64,000 nucleotides of DNA from Thermoplasmata archaeon (GCA_041489255.1 JBGPQV010000003.1:105836-169835); one strand, 5' to 3'; shown: positions 39,889 to 49,890, counted from the stretch's first letter. A program made the numbers and translations. Notes: generated from the letters alone by a model not told the origin.

Positions 39889-41358
39889 ATGATGTCTGCA
39901 AAAGGCGAAGCGCAGCTCCTCCGCATGCTGACGGACCAAAACCCATGGTGGGCGTCCGGGAGTGTCCCCGATGTCCTCGCCCCGCCCTTCCGGAGGAGGG
40001 ACTTCTTCGTCCTGCGAGGGGAGCTGTCGACCGAACGCATCACTGCTGTCGTGGGCCCCCGCCAGGTCGGCAAGACCGTGCTCCTTTATCAGACAATCCA
40101 GGACGTCCTGGCCGCAGACCGCAAGAACCCGAGGAATGTGCTCTTCCTGGCCATGGACTTCCCCCAACTGCAGACAGGAGGCGGCGATGCGGTCACGGCT
40201 GCGCTCGATGTCTACTCCGAGCGGATAATCGCCACCCCATGGCGGGAACTCAAGGACACCTGTTACGTGTTCCTTGACGAAATCGCGAAGCTGCCCGACT
40301 GGGACCGGATCCTGAAGGGTTGGTACGACAGGAAGCTGCCGCTCAAGTTCGTCATCTCCGATTCATCTAATTCGGCAGTCCGGCACGGCATCGAGACGTC
40401 GCTCGTCGGCCGTTGCGACGTCCAGCTCGTCCTCCCTATGAAGTTCGTCGACGTGCTCACGTTCCATGAGGGCCGCGAAGACTACAACGATGTGTCCCTC
40501 TCGCTTCGGAAAGCGTTCGCGCAGAGCGTCGAGAAGGGGTCACCCGACGGCCTTTTGCGGGCGTTGCGCCTCGCCTCCGGGCAACTCGCGCCGTTCGAGC
40601 GGAGGCTGAAGTCGCGACTCCAGCAATACCTCTACACCGGCGGCTACCCCGAGTTCCTCCGCGTCGAGGACCTGAACCTGGCAGGCCGCAGGCTGCGCGA
40701 GTACGTCGATCTGATATTCGCGAGGGACCTGCTCCGCTTCTTCGACGTCCGCAACCCGAAGGCGCTCAGCGCCATGGTCGGGCTCATAGCGGATCAGACC
40801 GGCCAGAGGTTCGACTACACGACGCTGGCGAAGAACGTGAACCTCTCCCCCCAGGTGGTCCGCGAGTACCTGGACTACCTTGAGTCAGTCCTCGTGGTGA
40901 CGAGATCGGAGTTCTGGACGAAGAGCCGAGCGTCTCGGGTGAGGAAGCAGAGGAAGCTCTACATGGCCAACGCAGCTCTGGCCAACGGACTCACGGGCAA
41001 CGTCGGACCACAGGTCCTCCACGAACCCTCCTATTTCGGTCGCCTGATCGAGACCGTCGTTGCAGACCACGCGCTGCGCCTTCTGTTCGTGATGAATCCG
41101 GGCCAGAGTCCCGAGCTGTTCTACTGGCGGAACTACAGGGGGCAGGAGGTGGATATCATCCTGCGACTTGGCAAGCGGGCAATCCCCCTTGAGGTCAAGT
41201 ATCAGGAGCAGGCCACGCCCGCCGACCGCAGACCGGTCATCGACTTCCTCAATGAGGAGAAGTCCGCGCCCTTCGGCCTCATTGTGACCAAGGACGAACT
41301 GGGGGCGAGCGACAATATCCTCGCCATCCCGCTCTTCCTGTTCCTGTTGTTGGCCTGA
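39889..41358 (+). CDS. AAA+ ATPase (AAA_14 plus DUF4143 PD-(D/E)XK-type C-terminus)
   Basis: QNPWW, GPRQVGKT, FLDEI, GGYPE, KLY, YWR...EVDII...PLEVKY. Confidence 0.92.
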   Translation: MMSAKGEAQLLRMLTDQNPWWASGSVPDVLAPPFRRRDFFVLRGELSTERITAVVGPRQVGKTVLLYQTIQDVLAADRKNPRNVLFLAMDFPQLQTGGGDAVTAALDVYSERIIATPWRELKDTCYVFLDEIAKLPDWDRILKGWYDRKLPLKFVISDSSNSAVRHGIETSLVGRCDVQLVLPMKFVDVLTFHEGREDYNDVSLSLRKAFAQSVEKGSPDGLLRALRLASGQLAPFERRLKSRLQQYLYTGGYPEFLRVEDLNLAGRRLREYVDLIFARDLLRFFDVRNPKALSAMVGLIADQTGQRFDYTTLAKNVNLSPQVVREYLDYLESVLVVTRSEFWTKSRASRVRKQRKLYMANAALANGLTGNVGPQVLHEPSYFGRLIETVVADHALRLLFVMNPGQSPELFYWRNYRGQEVDIILRLGKRAIPLEVKYQEQATPADRRPVIDFLNEEKSAPFGLIVTKDELGASDNILAIPLFLFLLLA

Positions 41359-41399
41359 GATTGACCTCCGTCAAGCTCGCCTTGGCACACATGTCCGGG

Positions 41400-41480
41400 A
41401 TCACCCTCACCCGCCTCCGCTCGGTCATCGCCCTGAGCTTCTCCGCGACGATGTTCTCGTTGGCATAGACTCTCACCCTC
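41400..41480 (-). pseudogene. Fragment of an AbiEii-type nucleotidyltransferase toxin
   Basis: VRVYANENIVAEKLRAMTERRR resembles the AbiEii Y..EE..AEKLRA...R motif; rest of gene absent. Confidence 0.55.
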
Positions 41481-41601
41481 TGGGCCGCCTGAAGCCATCG
41501 CTGCCCAGCTTCTCCCTGAGAACACAGACGACGCGACTACTGAGTGCCCTCCGATGAATCCGCCGCGAGAATATTTAATAGGCGGCAACAACTATTCCAT
41601 C

Positions 41602-41805
41602 ATGATGGATTACCGCATTCTCCTCAAGAAAGGCCAGGATGGATATTATGTGGCACAATGCCTGGAGGTCCCCGGGGCAATCAGCCAGGGCCGGACGAAG
41701 GCGGAAGCCCTGCGCAACGCCGAAGAAGCCCTGAGACTCATCCTCGAGGTCCTCAAGGAAGAGGCCAAAGAAGGGGAGATCGCGCGGGTGACCGTGGATG
41801 CCTAG
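41602..41805 (+). CDS. hicB: HicB family antitoxin
   Basis: YRILL...DGYYVAQCLEVPGAISQGRTKAEALRNAEEA. Confidence 0.9.
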   Translation: MMDYRILLKKGQDGYYVAQCLEVPGAISQGRTKAEALRNAEEALRLILEVLKEEAKEGEIARVTVDA

Positions 41806-41855
41806 TTCCCTCTGGAATATGATTCGTGGAGGCTTATTCAGATAGGTGGTATGGC

Positions 41856-42332
41856 ATGGAAGAAAAATCGGCCGAATTCATCGAGTTTAAAGACACTGGG
41901 CTCGACATCAAAGGATTGATTAGTGCCAGAATCGTGCCCAATGGCACCATCTCGATTTTCCTCGCATTAGGTCCTGAAGGGAACCGTGGAAACGATTGCG
42001 GCCTCACGATGGATGCCAATGGGGTTATGGCGCTCCTCCGAGTTGTAGGAAGGGCACTCCTCATCTCTACGACAATGGGTGGAGATGTGGAGCATATTGG
42101 GAGCGCGAGATACTTGACGAGCGAACGGGATGATCAGCGGCTGGTCGACACTGTGGGTAACATTACCGTGCAGGCCCTTAAATCACGAGTAAGATTGGTG
42201 GTCAGATTTGACCCACGCAGTGAACAGGAGGACTTCACAATGACTCTGGATGCTACGTCAGCCAAACGCTTGAATGCAATGCTGGACAGAATCGCATCAA
42301 AGATGACCAGAGAGCGACTGGAGCCGCTCTGA
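41856..42332 (+). CDS. Hypothetical protein with two internal beta-beta-beta-alpha repeats
   Basis: Repeated LTMDANGVMALL / MTLDATSAKRL units; SD-like AGGTGG. Confidence 0.6.
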   Translation: MEEKSAEFIEFKDTGLDIKGLISARIVPNGTISIFLALGPEGNRGNDCGLTMDANGVMALLRVVGRALLISTTMGGDVEHIGSARYLTSERDDQRLVDTVGNITVQALKSRVRLVVRFDPRSEQEDFTMTLDATSAKRLNAMLDRIASKMTRERLEPL

Positions 42333-42379
42333 CTGTCGGCAGAATGAAAATGACACTACGGCCAATGTCTGGTCGCTCG

Positions 42380-42607
42380 GGTCTCGGAACTGGTGCGCGT
42401 TCCAAGAACCAGTGCGCGCACCAATTAGCCTATCAACCGGTCTTTTCCGACTTCAGAGCCCTCGCTGTTCGATATTGTGAACGACGAAATCACGAAGTGC
42501 GGAGGCTGCTCCCGCAAGGGGAACCTGCTAAACTTCTCCATACCACTCCAGCTGAGTGAAGAGGATTCCGCGCACCGGCTGCGCCTAAATTACCGGGTTC
42601 CGAGACC
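42380..42607. mobile_element. MITE-like element with imperfect 39-bp terminal inverted repeats
   Basis: Both ends read GGTCTCGGAAC-N18-CCRGTGCGCG inward; no transposase; no clear target site duplication. Confidence 0.5.
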
Positions 42608-42813
42608 TCTCCTGCCACGGCATGATGCCTTCGTCGACGGCGGGGACGTAGCCGACACTAGCAGCATCGTCACCGAGGGACACATGGGACCACCGGCACA
42701 TCGTGGCTTTCCTGAGGACATCGAGGCGACCTGCGATTCTCTCGACGAAAACTACTTAGCGGCCTCGATATTCGGCATGAATACCGAAGCGCCCACACTT
42801 AAACGGTGAGAGC

Positions 42814-43647
42814 ATGACCCTATCCCTCCAGCCAACACCTCCCGCCAAAGGACCGAGGATGGTCGTCTGCATCAAGCAGGTCCCCAAGGCGCAGGAGATC
42901 CAGGTGGACCCGGTCACGCACACCCTGAAGAGGGTCGGGGTCCCGAGCGAGATAAACCCGCCGGACAGGCACGCGCTCGAGGTCGCGCTCCAGCTGAAGG
43001 ACAAGCATGGCGGGGAGATAGTCGCGCTCACCATGGGCCCCACAGTTTTCATCCAGTCGTTGGAGAGGGCGATGGCGATGGGGGTGGACAGGGCCGTTCT
43101 GCTCTCGGATAGAGCGCTCGGCGGCTCCGACACCGTGCCCACAGGTCTGGCGCTGAGCGAAGCGATCCACAAGATAGGCAAGTTCGACATCATCCTGTGC
43201 GGGGAGGAGACCACAGACAGCTCAACTGGGCATGTCGGCCCTGGCATTGCCGGTCATCTCGACCTCCCTCAGATCACTTACTGCGTCGACGTGCAAATCG
43301 TTGAAGGCAAGGTCCGCGGGAAGAGGGCGGTGGAGGACGGCTTCGAGGTCTGGGAGTGCCCGATGCCCTGCCTCGTGACAGTCAACTTCGGGTGCAACAA
43401 GCCGAGGGAGCCTTCCCTGTCCGGCAAGATCAGGGTAAAGCGCGGCGGGCTCGTCACGCAATGGTCCGCGGCTGATGTCGGCCTCGCGCCGGAGAAGCTC
43501 GGACTGAAGGGCTCGCCGACAGTCGTGAACCGCGTGGACACCGTCGTGCTGCCCGCGCGCGGCGGGAAGATATTCAAGGGAGAGCCGAGCCAGACCGTCG
43601 CCGAGCTCGTGAAAGCATTGAGGAACGACAAGATTGCGGGGGTCTGA
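42814..43647 (+). CDS. etfB: Electron transfer flavoprotein beta subunit (start may be 42859)
   Basis: VVCIKQVP, INPPDRHALE.AL, TMGP, GSDT..T, DSSTGHVGP, GLKGSPT.V. Confidence 0.95.
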   Translation: MTLSLQPTPPAKGPRMVVCIKQVPKAQEIQVDPVTHTLKRVGVPSEINPPDRHALEVALQLKDKHGGEIVALTMGPTVFIQSLERAMAMGVDRAVLLSDRALGGSDTVPTGLALSEAIHKIGKFDIILCGEETTDSSTGHVGPGIAGHLDLPQITYCVDVQIVEGKVRGKRAVEDGFEVWECPMPCLVTVNFGCNKPREPSLSGKIRVKRGGLVTQWSAADVGLAPEKLGLKGSPTVVNRVDTVVLPARGGKIFKGEPSQTVAELVKALRNDKIAGV

Positions 43648-43648
43648 G

Positions 43649-44653
43649 ATGCCGCCGCCGGAGAGCAAGGGCGTCTGGGTCTTCCTCGAGCAGAGGCGCG
43701 GGAGGCTGAGGGACGTCTCGATCCAGATCATCGGCGAGGGCAGGCGCATAGCGGACGAGATGAAGGTCCCGCTGTCCGGCGTCATGCCCGGCTGGAAGAC
43801 AGAAGGCATCGCGCGCGAGGCGGTGGAGTACGGAGTGGACAAGGTCTACCTCGTGGAGGACCAGCGCCTGGAGAACTACCTCTCGAGGCCCTATGCGAAG
43901 GTCATGGTCACACTCATCAGAAAGCACAAGCCCGAGGTCGTGCTGTACGGGGCGTCGAAGAACGGCAGGGACCTCGGCGGCAGGGTGCACGCGATCATCG
44001 AGACAGGGCTCGCCGCAGACTGCGTCAAGTTCGAGGTCACGAAGGAGCGCAACCTGGACATGATCAGGCCCGCCTATGGCGGGAGGAGCCTGGCGCACAT
44101 CATCTGCGCGAACCACAGGCCGCAGATGGCCTCGGCCCGCGCGAACGTCTTCAAAAGGGCGGCGAAGACGCCGGACAGGAAGGGCAGCATCGTCCGCGAG
44201 AAGGTCGACTTCGAGGACAGGGACTTCGACACGAGGCTGGTCGAGTTCATCGAGTCGACGGGGCAGCAGGGGGCGAAGCTCGAGGACGCGAAGGTCGTCG
44301 TGGCGGGAGGATACGGGCTGAGGAACCAAGCGAACTTCAGGATGGTGGACGAGCTCGCGAAGCTCGTTGGCGGGTCTGTCGCCGCATCGAGGAAGGCCGT
44401 TGACGCGGGCTGGTTCGCCAAGGAGTACCAGGTCGGCCAGACTGGAAAAACAGTACGGCCAGAGGTGTATTGGGCCATCGGAATCTCCGGGGCGGTGCAG
44501 CACCTGGCGGGAATGCAGGAGTCCGGCAAGATCATCGCGATCAACTCGGACCAAAACGCCGCAATCTTCGAGATGGCGGACTACGGGATAGTCGGGGACC
44601 TCTTCCACGTCGTCCCTGAGCTGGTCAAGGCGCTCAAGGGATCAGGGCGCTAG
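43649..44653 (+). CDS. etfA: Electron transfer flavoprotein alpha subunit
   Basis: TGLAADC, RPAYGG, RPQMAS, VVAGGYG, QVGQTGKTVRP, GISGAVQHLAGM. Confidence 0.96.
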   Translation: MPPPESKGVWVFLEQRRGRLRDVSIQIIGEGRRIADEMKVPLSGVMPGWKTEGIAREAVEYGVDKVYLVEDQRLENYLSRPYAKVMVTLIRKHKPEVVLYGASKNGRDLGGRVHAIIETGLAADCVKFEVTKERNLDMIRPAYGGRSLAHIICANHRPQMASARANVFKRAAKTPDRKGSIVREKVDFEDRDFDTRLVEFIESTGQQGAKLEDAKVVVAGGYGLRNQANFRMVDELAKLVGGSVAASRKAVDAGWFAKEYQVGQTGKTVRPEVYWAIGISGAVQHLAGMQESGKIIAINSDQNAAIFEMADYGIVGDLFHVVPELVKALKGSGR

Positions 44654-44769
44654 CCTGTGCTCGAAATCGCTATCGAGATTGATATCATCCCTGCTTTCAG
44701 TCCGAAAAGGGCATTCGGGTGGAAATCATCATATATGCCTGAAAACAACTTACAATAGAGGCTCAGCTC

Positions 44770-44973
44770 ATGACAGGGAGCAGGCGGAAGACCAATTTTG
44801 AGCCGGGGATGATCTTCACCCTGGACCACATCAAGAAAGACGACCTCCAGTTCGACATAGACGCCGAGACTGCAAGGTTCAGGGAAAAGAAGGACATGGA
44901 GAAGAAGAGCCCCCCCGCCGCAAGGAGCGAGCCTCGACCGAAAGCCCCCACGGCCGAGCCTGGGCTCAAGTAG
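44770..44973 (+). CDS. Small hypothetical protein
   Basis: Host-like codon usage, upstream CATATATG TATA-like box. Confidence 0.55.
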   Translation: MTGSRRKTNFEPGMIFTLDHIKKDDLQFDIDAETARFREKKDMEKKSPPAARSEPRPKAPTAEPGLK

Positions 44974-45118
44974 CCCAGCCTCTCCCCGACTTTGTTGCGC
45001 GTCCCGCGCGATCGTCCACCTCAGAGTCTTGTCTGCGGCTACCCGATCTGGTTCTAAAACGGTCGGGGGACCTGCGACAGCGTCAGCAATCGCCCGTCTT
45101 CATCTCTGGCGGCTCACC

Positions 45119-45784
45119 TCATCTCACCGTGTCCACGGCCAATAGCCTGCGGAGCTTGCGGGATTGGGCTTTACGTTCAGTCGGGACCGCCGCGGAGCGC
45201 GCCGCCCAGTACGCCGTCGAACGGACCCATGCCGCCGCCGAATGCGCTTTCGAGTCCGCCGCCGAGGGCGCCGTCGAATGCGCCGCAGAGACCGCCGCAA
45301 AGCGCCCCGCCGAGTTCCTCGCCGAGACCGCCGCCGCGCGCGCCGCCCAGTACGCCACCCCAAGTTCCCCGTCCGTCGCCCTGCCGTCCAGCCATGCACG
45401 CTTGACCTTGAGGGCCGCGCATGAGCGAGGGTCGGGCTTGCGCCCGGCCTTGCGCTCGCCCTTGAGGGCGCGCTCGGCGCACCAGAGGGCGAACTCGTAC
45501 AGCTCGCGGGTCACGTCACGGGCGGAGAGCACCTTGCATTCGGTGGCCACCGCCTTGCCGGTGCCGTGGATGATTGTGCCGCGAAGTTCCACGCGGCAAA
45601 GGATCGGGGCTGGGGCATAGCCGAGCGCGTCGAGCACATCCGCCGAAGCGTGGTAGCCCCGCTTACGGAGCACTGGTTTGGCCCCGGGTGGCATGCGGTA
45701 GACCTTTCCCACGCGGAGCTTCTGACCATCGCGGAGCCTGCGGTCCTCGCTGACGAATTGATAGCCGTGCATGATTTCGATCAT
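45119..45784 (-). CDS. Hypothetical phage-like protein with Ala-rich helical repeats
   Basis: GYHAS...DALGYA...LCRVEL.G; FALWCAERAL; AAxxAA repeats; SD GGGAGGGAG. Confidence 0.7.
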   Translation of the reverse strand: MIEIMHGYQFVSEDRRLRDGQKLRVGKVYRMPPGAKPVLRKRGYHASADVLDALGYAPAPILCRVELRGTIIHGTGKAVATECKVLSARDVTRELYEFALWCAERALKGERKAGRKPDPRSCAALKVKRAWLDGRATDGELGVAYWAARAAAVSARNSAGRFAAVSAAHSTAPSAADSKAHSAAAWVRSTAYWAARSAAVPTERKAQSRKLRRLLAVDTVR

Positions 45785-45800
45785 CCGTTCCTCCCTCCCG

Positions 45801-46445
45801 TCAGCTCGTCGACGACACTTCTTTCTGCTCGAGCTTCGTCTCGAACAGCTCCTCGAACCTCGCCAGCAGCTTCTCCCTGAACTCCCGCAACCCGACCTCG
45901 CGCCCGGTGGAGACGCTTAGAGAGGTCATCATGGAACCCTCCATGCCGCAAGGCTTGAGGAGCATGAAGCGCGAGAGGTCCGTGCTCACGTTCACCGCGA
46001 AGCCATGGTACGTGACCCTGTTCTTAACCGCGAGGCCGATGGACGCGAGCTTCCTCTGCCCGACCCAGACGCCGGTCTGAGCGCTCCTGCCCGCCTCCGC
46101 CCCCAGGTCCCTCGATGCGCGGATGATGACCTCCTCCAGCTTCCTGACGAAGTCCATGACCCCGGGCCATTCCTTCAGGGAGAATATCGGGTAGCCGACT
46201 AGCTGCCCCGGGCCGTGGTAGGTCGCCTCCCCGCCGCGCTCGATCTTGAAGACGGGCACTTCGGAGGTGAAGACGTCGTCCTGCTTCCCCCGCACGCCAA
46301 GGGTGATGACTTCAGGATGTTCAACCAGCAGCAGCACATCGGGGATCTCGCCGGATATCCTCCTCTGGACGAGGGCCTTCTGGAGCTCCCACGCCTTCCC
46401 GTATTCCATCGTCCCAAGGTCGACGAGCCAGGTCATCTCGGTCAT
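45801..46445 (-). CDS. lipB: Lipoyl(octanoyl) transferase
   Basis: LLVEHP.V.TLG, RGGEATYHGPGQLVGYP, KLASIG, YHGFAVNV, PCG. Confidence 0.95.
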   Translation of the reverse strand: MTEMTWLVDLGTMEYGKAWELQKALVQRRISGEIPDVLLLVEHPEVITLGVRGKQDDVFTSEVPVFKIERGGEATYHGPGQLVGYPIFSLKEWPGVMDFVRKLEEVIIRASRDLGAEAGRSAQTGVWVGQRKLASIGLAVKNRVTYHGFAVNVSTDLSRFMLLKPCGMEGSMMTSLSVSTGREVGLREFREKLLARFEELFETKLEQKEVSSTS

Positions 46446-47842
46446 CTGTTGAGGATGTGAATCGCCTTGCCGAGCGCGGCCTCGGCTGTCTCCATGATCG
46501 CCTCGGGGAAGGTCGGATGCGGGTGCATAGTATACGCGAGGTCCTCCGCGGTGGCGCCCATCTCTATCGCGAACGCGAGCTCGCTGATGAGGTCCGACGC
46601 GCACGGTCCGACGATGACCGCGCCGAGGACGAGCCCGGACTTCTCGTCGGTGATTATCTTGACGAAGCCCTCTGATTCTCCCGCCGCGAGCGCCCTGCCG
46701 AGCGCCGCGAAGTTCACCTTGCCGACCTTCACCTTGAGGCCTTTCTCCACCGCCTCCTTCTCGCCCATGCCCACGACCGCCAGCTCAGGGTCCGTGAACA
46801 CCGCCGAGGGTATCGCCTTGAAGTCCGCCTCGCTCTTCATGCCTGCACAGACCTCGGCGGCCACGATGCCCTGCTTCGAGGCGCGGTGCGCGAGGAAGGG
46901 CGGTCCCGTCACGTCGCCGACCGCGAAGATGTGCGGGACGCTTGTCCTCATCTGCTTATCGACGACGATCTGACCCCTGTTGTCGAGGGCGACCTTCGTC
47001 TTGTCCAAACCGAGGCCGTCTGTGTTCGCCTTCCTGCCGACCGTCAAGAGGAGGAAATCCCCGACAACGTCAATCGGGCCTTGGGGCGTCTCGGCGGTCG
47101 CGATGATCTTTCCCGCCTCCTCCCGCCAGGATTTGACGACAGAGCCTGTGTGGACCTCCACCCCGAACTTGGTCAACTTTCTGGATATGACCCGCACCGC
47201 CTCGGGGTCCGTCCCCGGGAGTATCTGATCCATGATCTCGATGACCGTGACCTTGCTCCTGAGCTTCGCGTAGAACGTGCCGAGCTCCAGGCCTATCGCC
47301 CCGCCGCCGACCACGATGAGGTACTCGGGTACGTTCGTGAGCTCCAAGGCCTCCTTCGAGCTGATCACCCTCTTGCCGTCGAGCGCCAGCCCGGGTAGGT
47401 CGGAAGGCCTCCCGCCGGTCGCGATGATGCAGTTCTTGAACGTCACGATCTCCTTGCCCGCCGCGGTCGTCACGTCCACCTCGTGCTCGGAGAGAAAGGT
47501 CGCGCTGCCCGAGATTATCTCCACATTGTTCCCGCGGCACAGCTGCCCGACGCCGCTCGTGAGCTTATCCACGACCTTCTGCTTCCAGGTCTGGAGCTTC
47601 TTCATGTCGAGCGAGAGCTCCCTGACGTTCAGGCCCCATTCGGAACCTGTGTCGATCTTGTGGACGATGTTGCCCGCGTGTATGAGCGCCTTCGAGGGTA
47701 TGCAGCCCCAGTTCAGGCATTCGCCCCCGAGCTTCCCGCGCTCGATGAGTATGACCTTCTTGCCAAGGCGCCCGGCGCGGATCGCGGCGACGTAGCCGCC
47801 AGGGCCAGCCCCTATCACGAGGATGTCGCACTCTCGCGTCAT
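46442..47842 (-). CDS. lpdA: Dihydrolipoyl dehydrogenase
   Basis: GAGPGGYVAAIRA, GGECLNWGCIPSK, GGGAIGLE, HPHPTFPE. Confidence 0.97.
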   Translation of the reverse strand: MTRECDILVIGAGPGGYVAAIRAGRLGKKVILIERGKLGGECLNWGCIPSKALIHAGNIVHKIDTGSEWGLNVRELSLDMKKLQTWKQKVVDKLTSGVGQLCRGNNVEIISGSATFLSEHEVDVTTAAGKEIVTFKNCIIATGGRPSDLPGLALDGKRVISSKEALELTNVPEYLIVVGGGAIGLELGTFYAKLRSKVTVIEIMDQILPGTDPEAVRVISRKLTKFGVEVHTGSVVKSWREEAGKIIATAETPQGPIDVVGDFLLLTVGRKANTDGLGLDKTKVALDNRGQIVVDKQMRTSVPHIFAVGDVTGPPFLAHRASKQGIVAAEVCAGMKSEADFKAIPSAVFTDPELAVVGMGEKEAVEKGLKVKVGKVNFAALGRALAAGESEGFVKIITDEKSGLVLGAVIVGPCASDLISELAFAIEMGATAEDLAYTMHPHPTFPEAIMETAEAALGKAIHILNR

Positions 47843-48004
47843 GTCAGATTCGCAAACGGAATGATGAATAAGGACTTTACTAAATTGCAGGCTGATTCAC
47901 AATCCGGTTTCATTAATCGGCTGGCGGTTGCGGAAACGGCTTTCCTGGATCAGGTTCGGCACTTGAAAACGGGAACGCTCCGTGAAGGTCGCTTGTCCGG
48001 TCTC

Positions 48005-48054
48005 TGTCCCCCCAAGCTCCCGCTCGCGGAGCGAGGGCGTGGGCACCGTTCCCC
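48005..48054. repeat. Dispersed hairpin repeat, copy A
   Basis: TGTCCCCCCAAGCTCCCGCTCGCGGAGCGAGGGCGTGGGCACCGTTCCCC. Confidence 0.75.
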
Positions 48055-48097
48055 TTCTCCTCGCGACGGCAAGTTCTGCCATCCAACGGGTCCCAGA

Positions 48098-48397
48098 CTA
48101 GTCCCTGAAGAACTCGTCATGACGACCGCAGTCGACGAATGTTACCGTATCACCCTTCACCCGCCAGAAAAGGACCCACTTGCTCTTGACGTGAATGTGC
48201 CGGGTATCCGATGGCTCCACACACCTCTTGCCCATCCCGAGGGAGTTCTGAAGGACGGCTCGGATCCTCTTCTCGAATGCATCCAAAAGGGCTGCGTCCC
48301 GCTTGGTGAGGGTCTCAAGCTTCTTCTTGAAGCCTTCTTCGACAGCTTCCTTCCAGTGCTGTTTCTGCACGTCACCAGGCGGGGAAATGCCTGCCAC
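48098..48397 (-). CDS. RelE/ParE-family toxin
   Basis: F.KKL..L...RHIHV...WVLFWRV....V.F...GRHDEFF RelE/YafQ-like pattern. Confidence 0.7.
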   Translation of the reverse strand: MAGISPPGDVQKQHWKEAVEEGFKKKLETLTKRDAALLDAFEKRIRAVLQNSLGMGKRCVEPSDTRHIHVKSKWVLFWRVKGDTVTFVDCGRHDEFFRD

Positions 48398-48403
48398 CCC
48401 GCT

Positions 48404-49012
48404 CTATGACAGAAGATAGGCCATCAATTGCTCAGTGTCAGGGAATGTCCGGACCCTGCCCTGCTCGATGGACCGAAGGGCCTGTTCCAATCTCTCGCGG
48501 CCTTTCGGGGACAGCTCCTCGCCTCCCTCACATCGCTCCTCTTTGAGCATGTTCCAATCCAGGTATTCGCCCTTCTTGGCGTAGATGAACGGGGAGGTGG
48601 ACTTCGCGGCGGCAATAAGAGCCCTGGTCTTCAGGAAGCCCCACTCGGAAAGGACCCTGGCCACGGCCTTGACGACATGCTCGGGCGGGTTCTCCTGCGG
48701 CTCACCCCTCCTACCGATGCACCTGATGGTTCGACCTATACCCTCCTCGCTCTCGATGCCAACGACCTCCAAGCGGTCTGCCTTGCGGTCGAGGGCATTG
48801 ATGATCCTACTGAGGGTCGGGGAGTACATGCCAAACTGGTCGTAGCGGTAGGCCAGATTGAAGCACCGCTCACCGGTCTCCAAGACGCACTCGCGCTCGA
48901 TTAGGTAGAAGAGCTTCTGCACCCTGCTGGTGGTCAGGTAAGCGCCCTTCCTGGCGAGAAGGCGCAGTACTCTCTTGACCATGCCGATGTCCACGTCCTG
49001 ATCGGGTCTCAT
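48404..49012 (-). CDS. Panacea/DUF4065 (SocA-like) antitoxin with RelB-like C-terminal tail
   Basis: TSRVQKLFYL...Y.YDQFGMYS; tail ELSPKGRERLEQALRSIEQGRV; start uncertain (ORF open from 49093). Confidence 0.7.
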   Translation of the reverse strand: MRPDQDVDIGMVKRVLRLLARKGAYLTTSRVQKLFYLIERECVLETGERCFNLAYRYDQFGMYSPTLSRIINALDRKADRLEVVGIESEEGIGRTIRCIGRRGEPQENPPEHVVKAVARVLSEWGFLKTRALIAAAKSTSPFIYAKKGEYLDWNMLKEERCEGGEELSPKGRERLEQALRSIEQGRVRTFPDTEQLMAYLLS

Positions 49013-49407
49013 TGCCTCATCTTGACCTATGCGGATTAGCCGCTTGAACTTCTCGGAATGATTATCATCATTTAGCATGTATTCATCTCCCACGAACGAC
49101 AGATAGCTGCCTTCCTCCTCTCAAGGCATCATCCCATATGTGGCGCGTTGGCCTTCAAGGTTTCGGCGGGGTTGATGGAAGTGAAATTCCGAAGTGACTC
49201 TCCTTGAGAGACCGCCGGGACAGCGTTTCATCCGCCCTGGGCCCGAAGACCCTCCTTCTGGCGCTCGTCCTTTGCGAAGGCTTCAACGGCCAAGCCTATG
49301 TCTTGGACGATGTTCAAAGGCCGAGATTGGATCTTGAAAAGGCGTTCCCTGATTCAGTTCGGCAATTGAGAATGGATGCGCTCTTCGGAGTCTGCGTTGT
49401 CCTGTCT

Positions 49408-49459
49408 TGTCCCCCCAAGTCCTCAGCCTGGAGTGAGGGCGGGAGCACTTTTGCCTCCC
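49408..49459. repeat. Dispersed hairpin repeat, copy B
   Basis: TGTCCCCCCAAGTCCTCAGCCTGGAGTGAGGGCGGGAGCACTTTTGCC; also shares upstream TTGTCC.GTCT with copy A. Confidence 0.7.
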
Positions 49460-49628
49460 GTTACGGCTCACTGAGGAGCCTCGCTGCGAGTGCGTGAAGA
49501 CCATTGCATTGACACTTGCGGGGGCCTCTCCGAGGTGAATCGATGTCGCATTGCGGGACGTTTGCTCTTGCGGTCGAGAGAGCGAAGGGCGGCGGCCGAA
49601 TCCCTGCTTTTAGACTTGCTGGCTAGCC

Positions 49629-49890
49629 TGTACTACGCAATAATTAGTGGAACGGGAGTGGGTCTGCAAGGAACACCTCCAAAGGCTTCTCGTAGTCCAA
49701 GGACTGGTGAGGCCTGACCTGGTTGTAGTAGAACAGGAAGTCGTCAAGGGTCTCGAACCACCAGGCCTCCCTATCGTACGTGCCGGACCGCCACTCGATC
49801 TTTCCCGTGGTCGTGGACTTCCCTGCCGCCGCCAGGATGTGCCTGATTCCGAGCTCCTCCAGCCTCAGCAGATGTTCGTCGTCGATGTCC
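49629..49890 (-). mobile_element. IS481-family transposase remnant (C-terminal integrase core) with one end
   Basis: LEELGIRHILA...TTGKIE...TYD.E...FLFYYNQVRPHQSL...P; element end TGTA at 49629 just past the stop. Confidence 0.8.

Noticed and set aside
42385-42440. tRNA-Pro-like pseudogene on minus strand
   Set aside because: No T-arm or acceptor stem; better explained as the end of the MITE-like element
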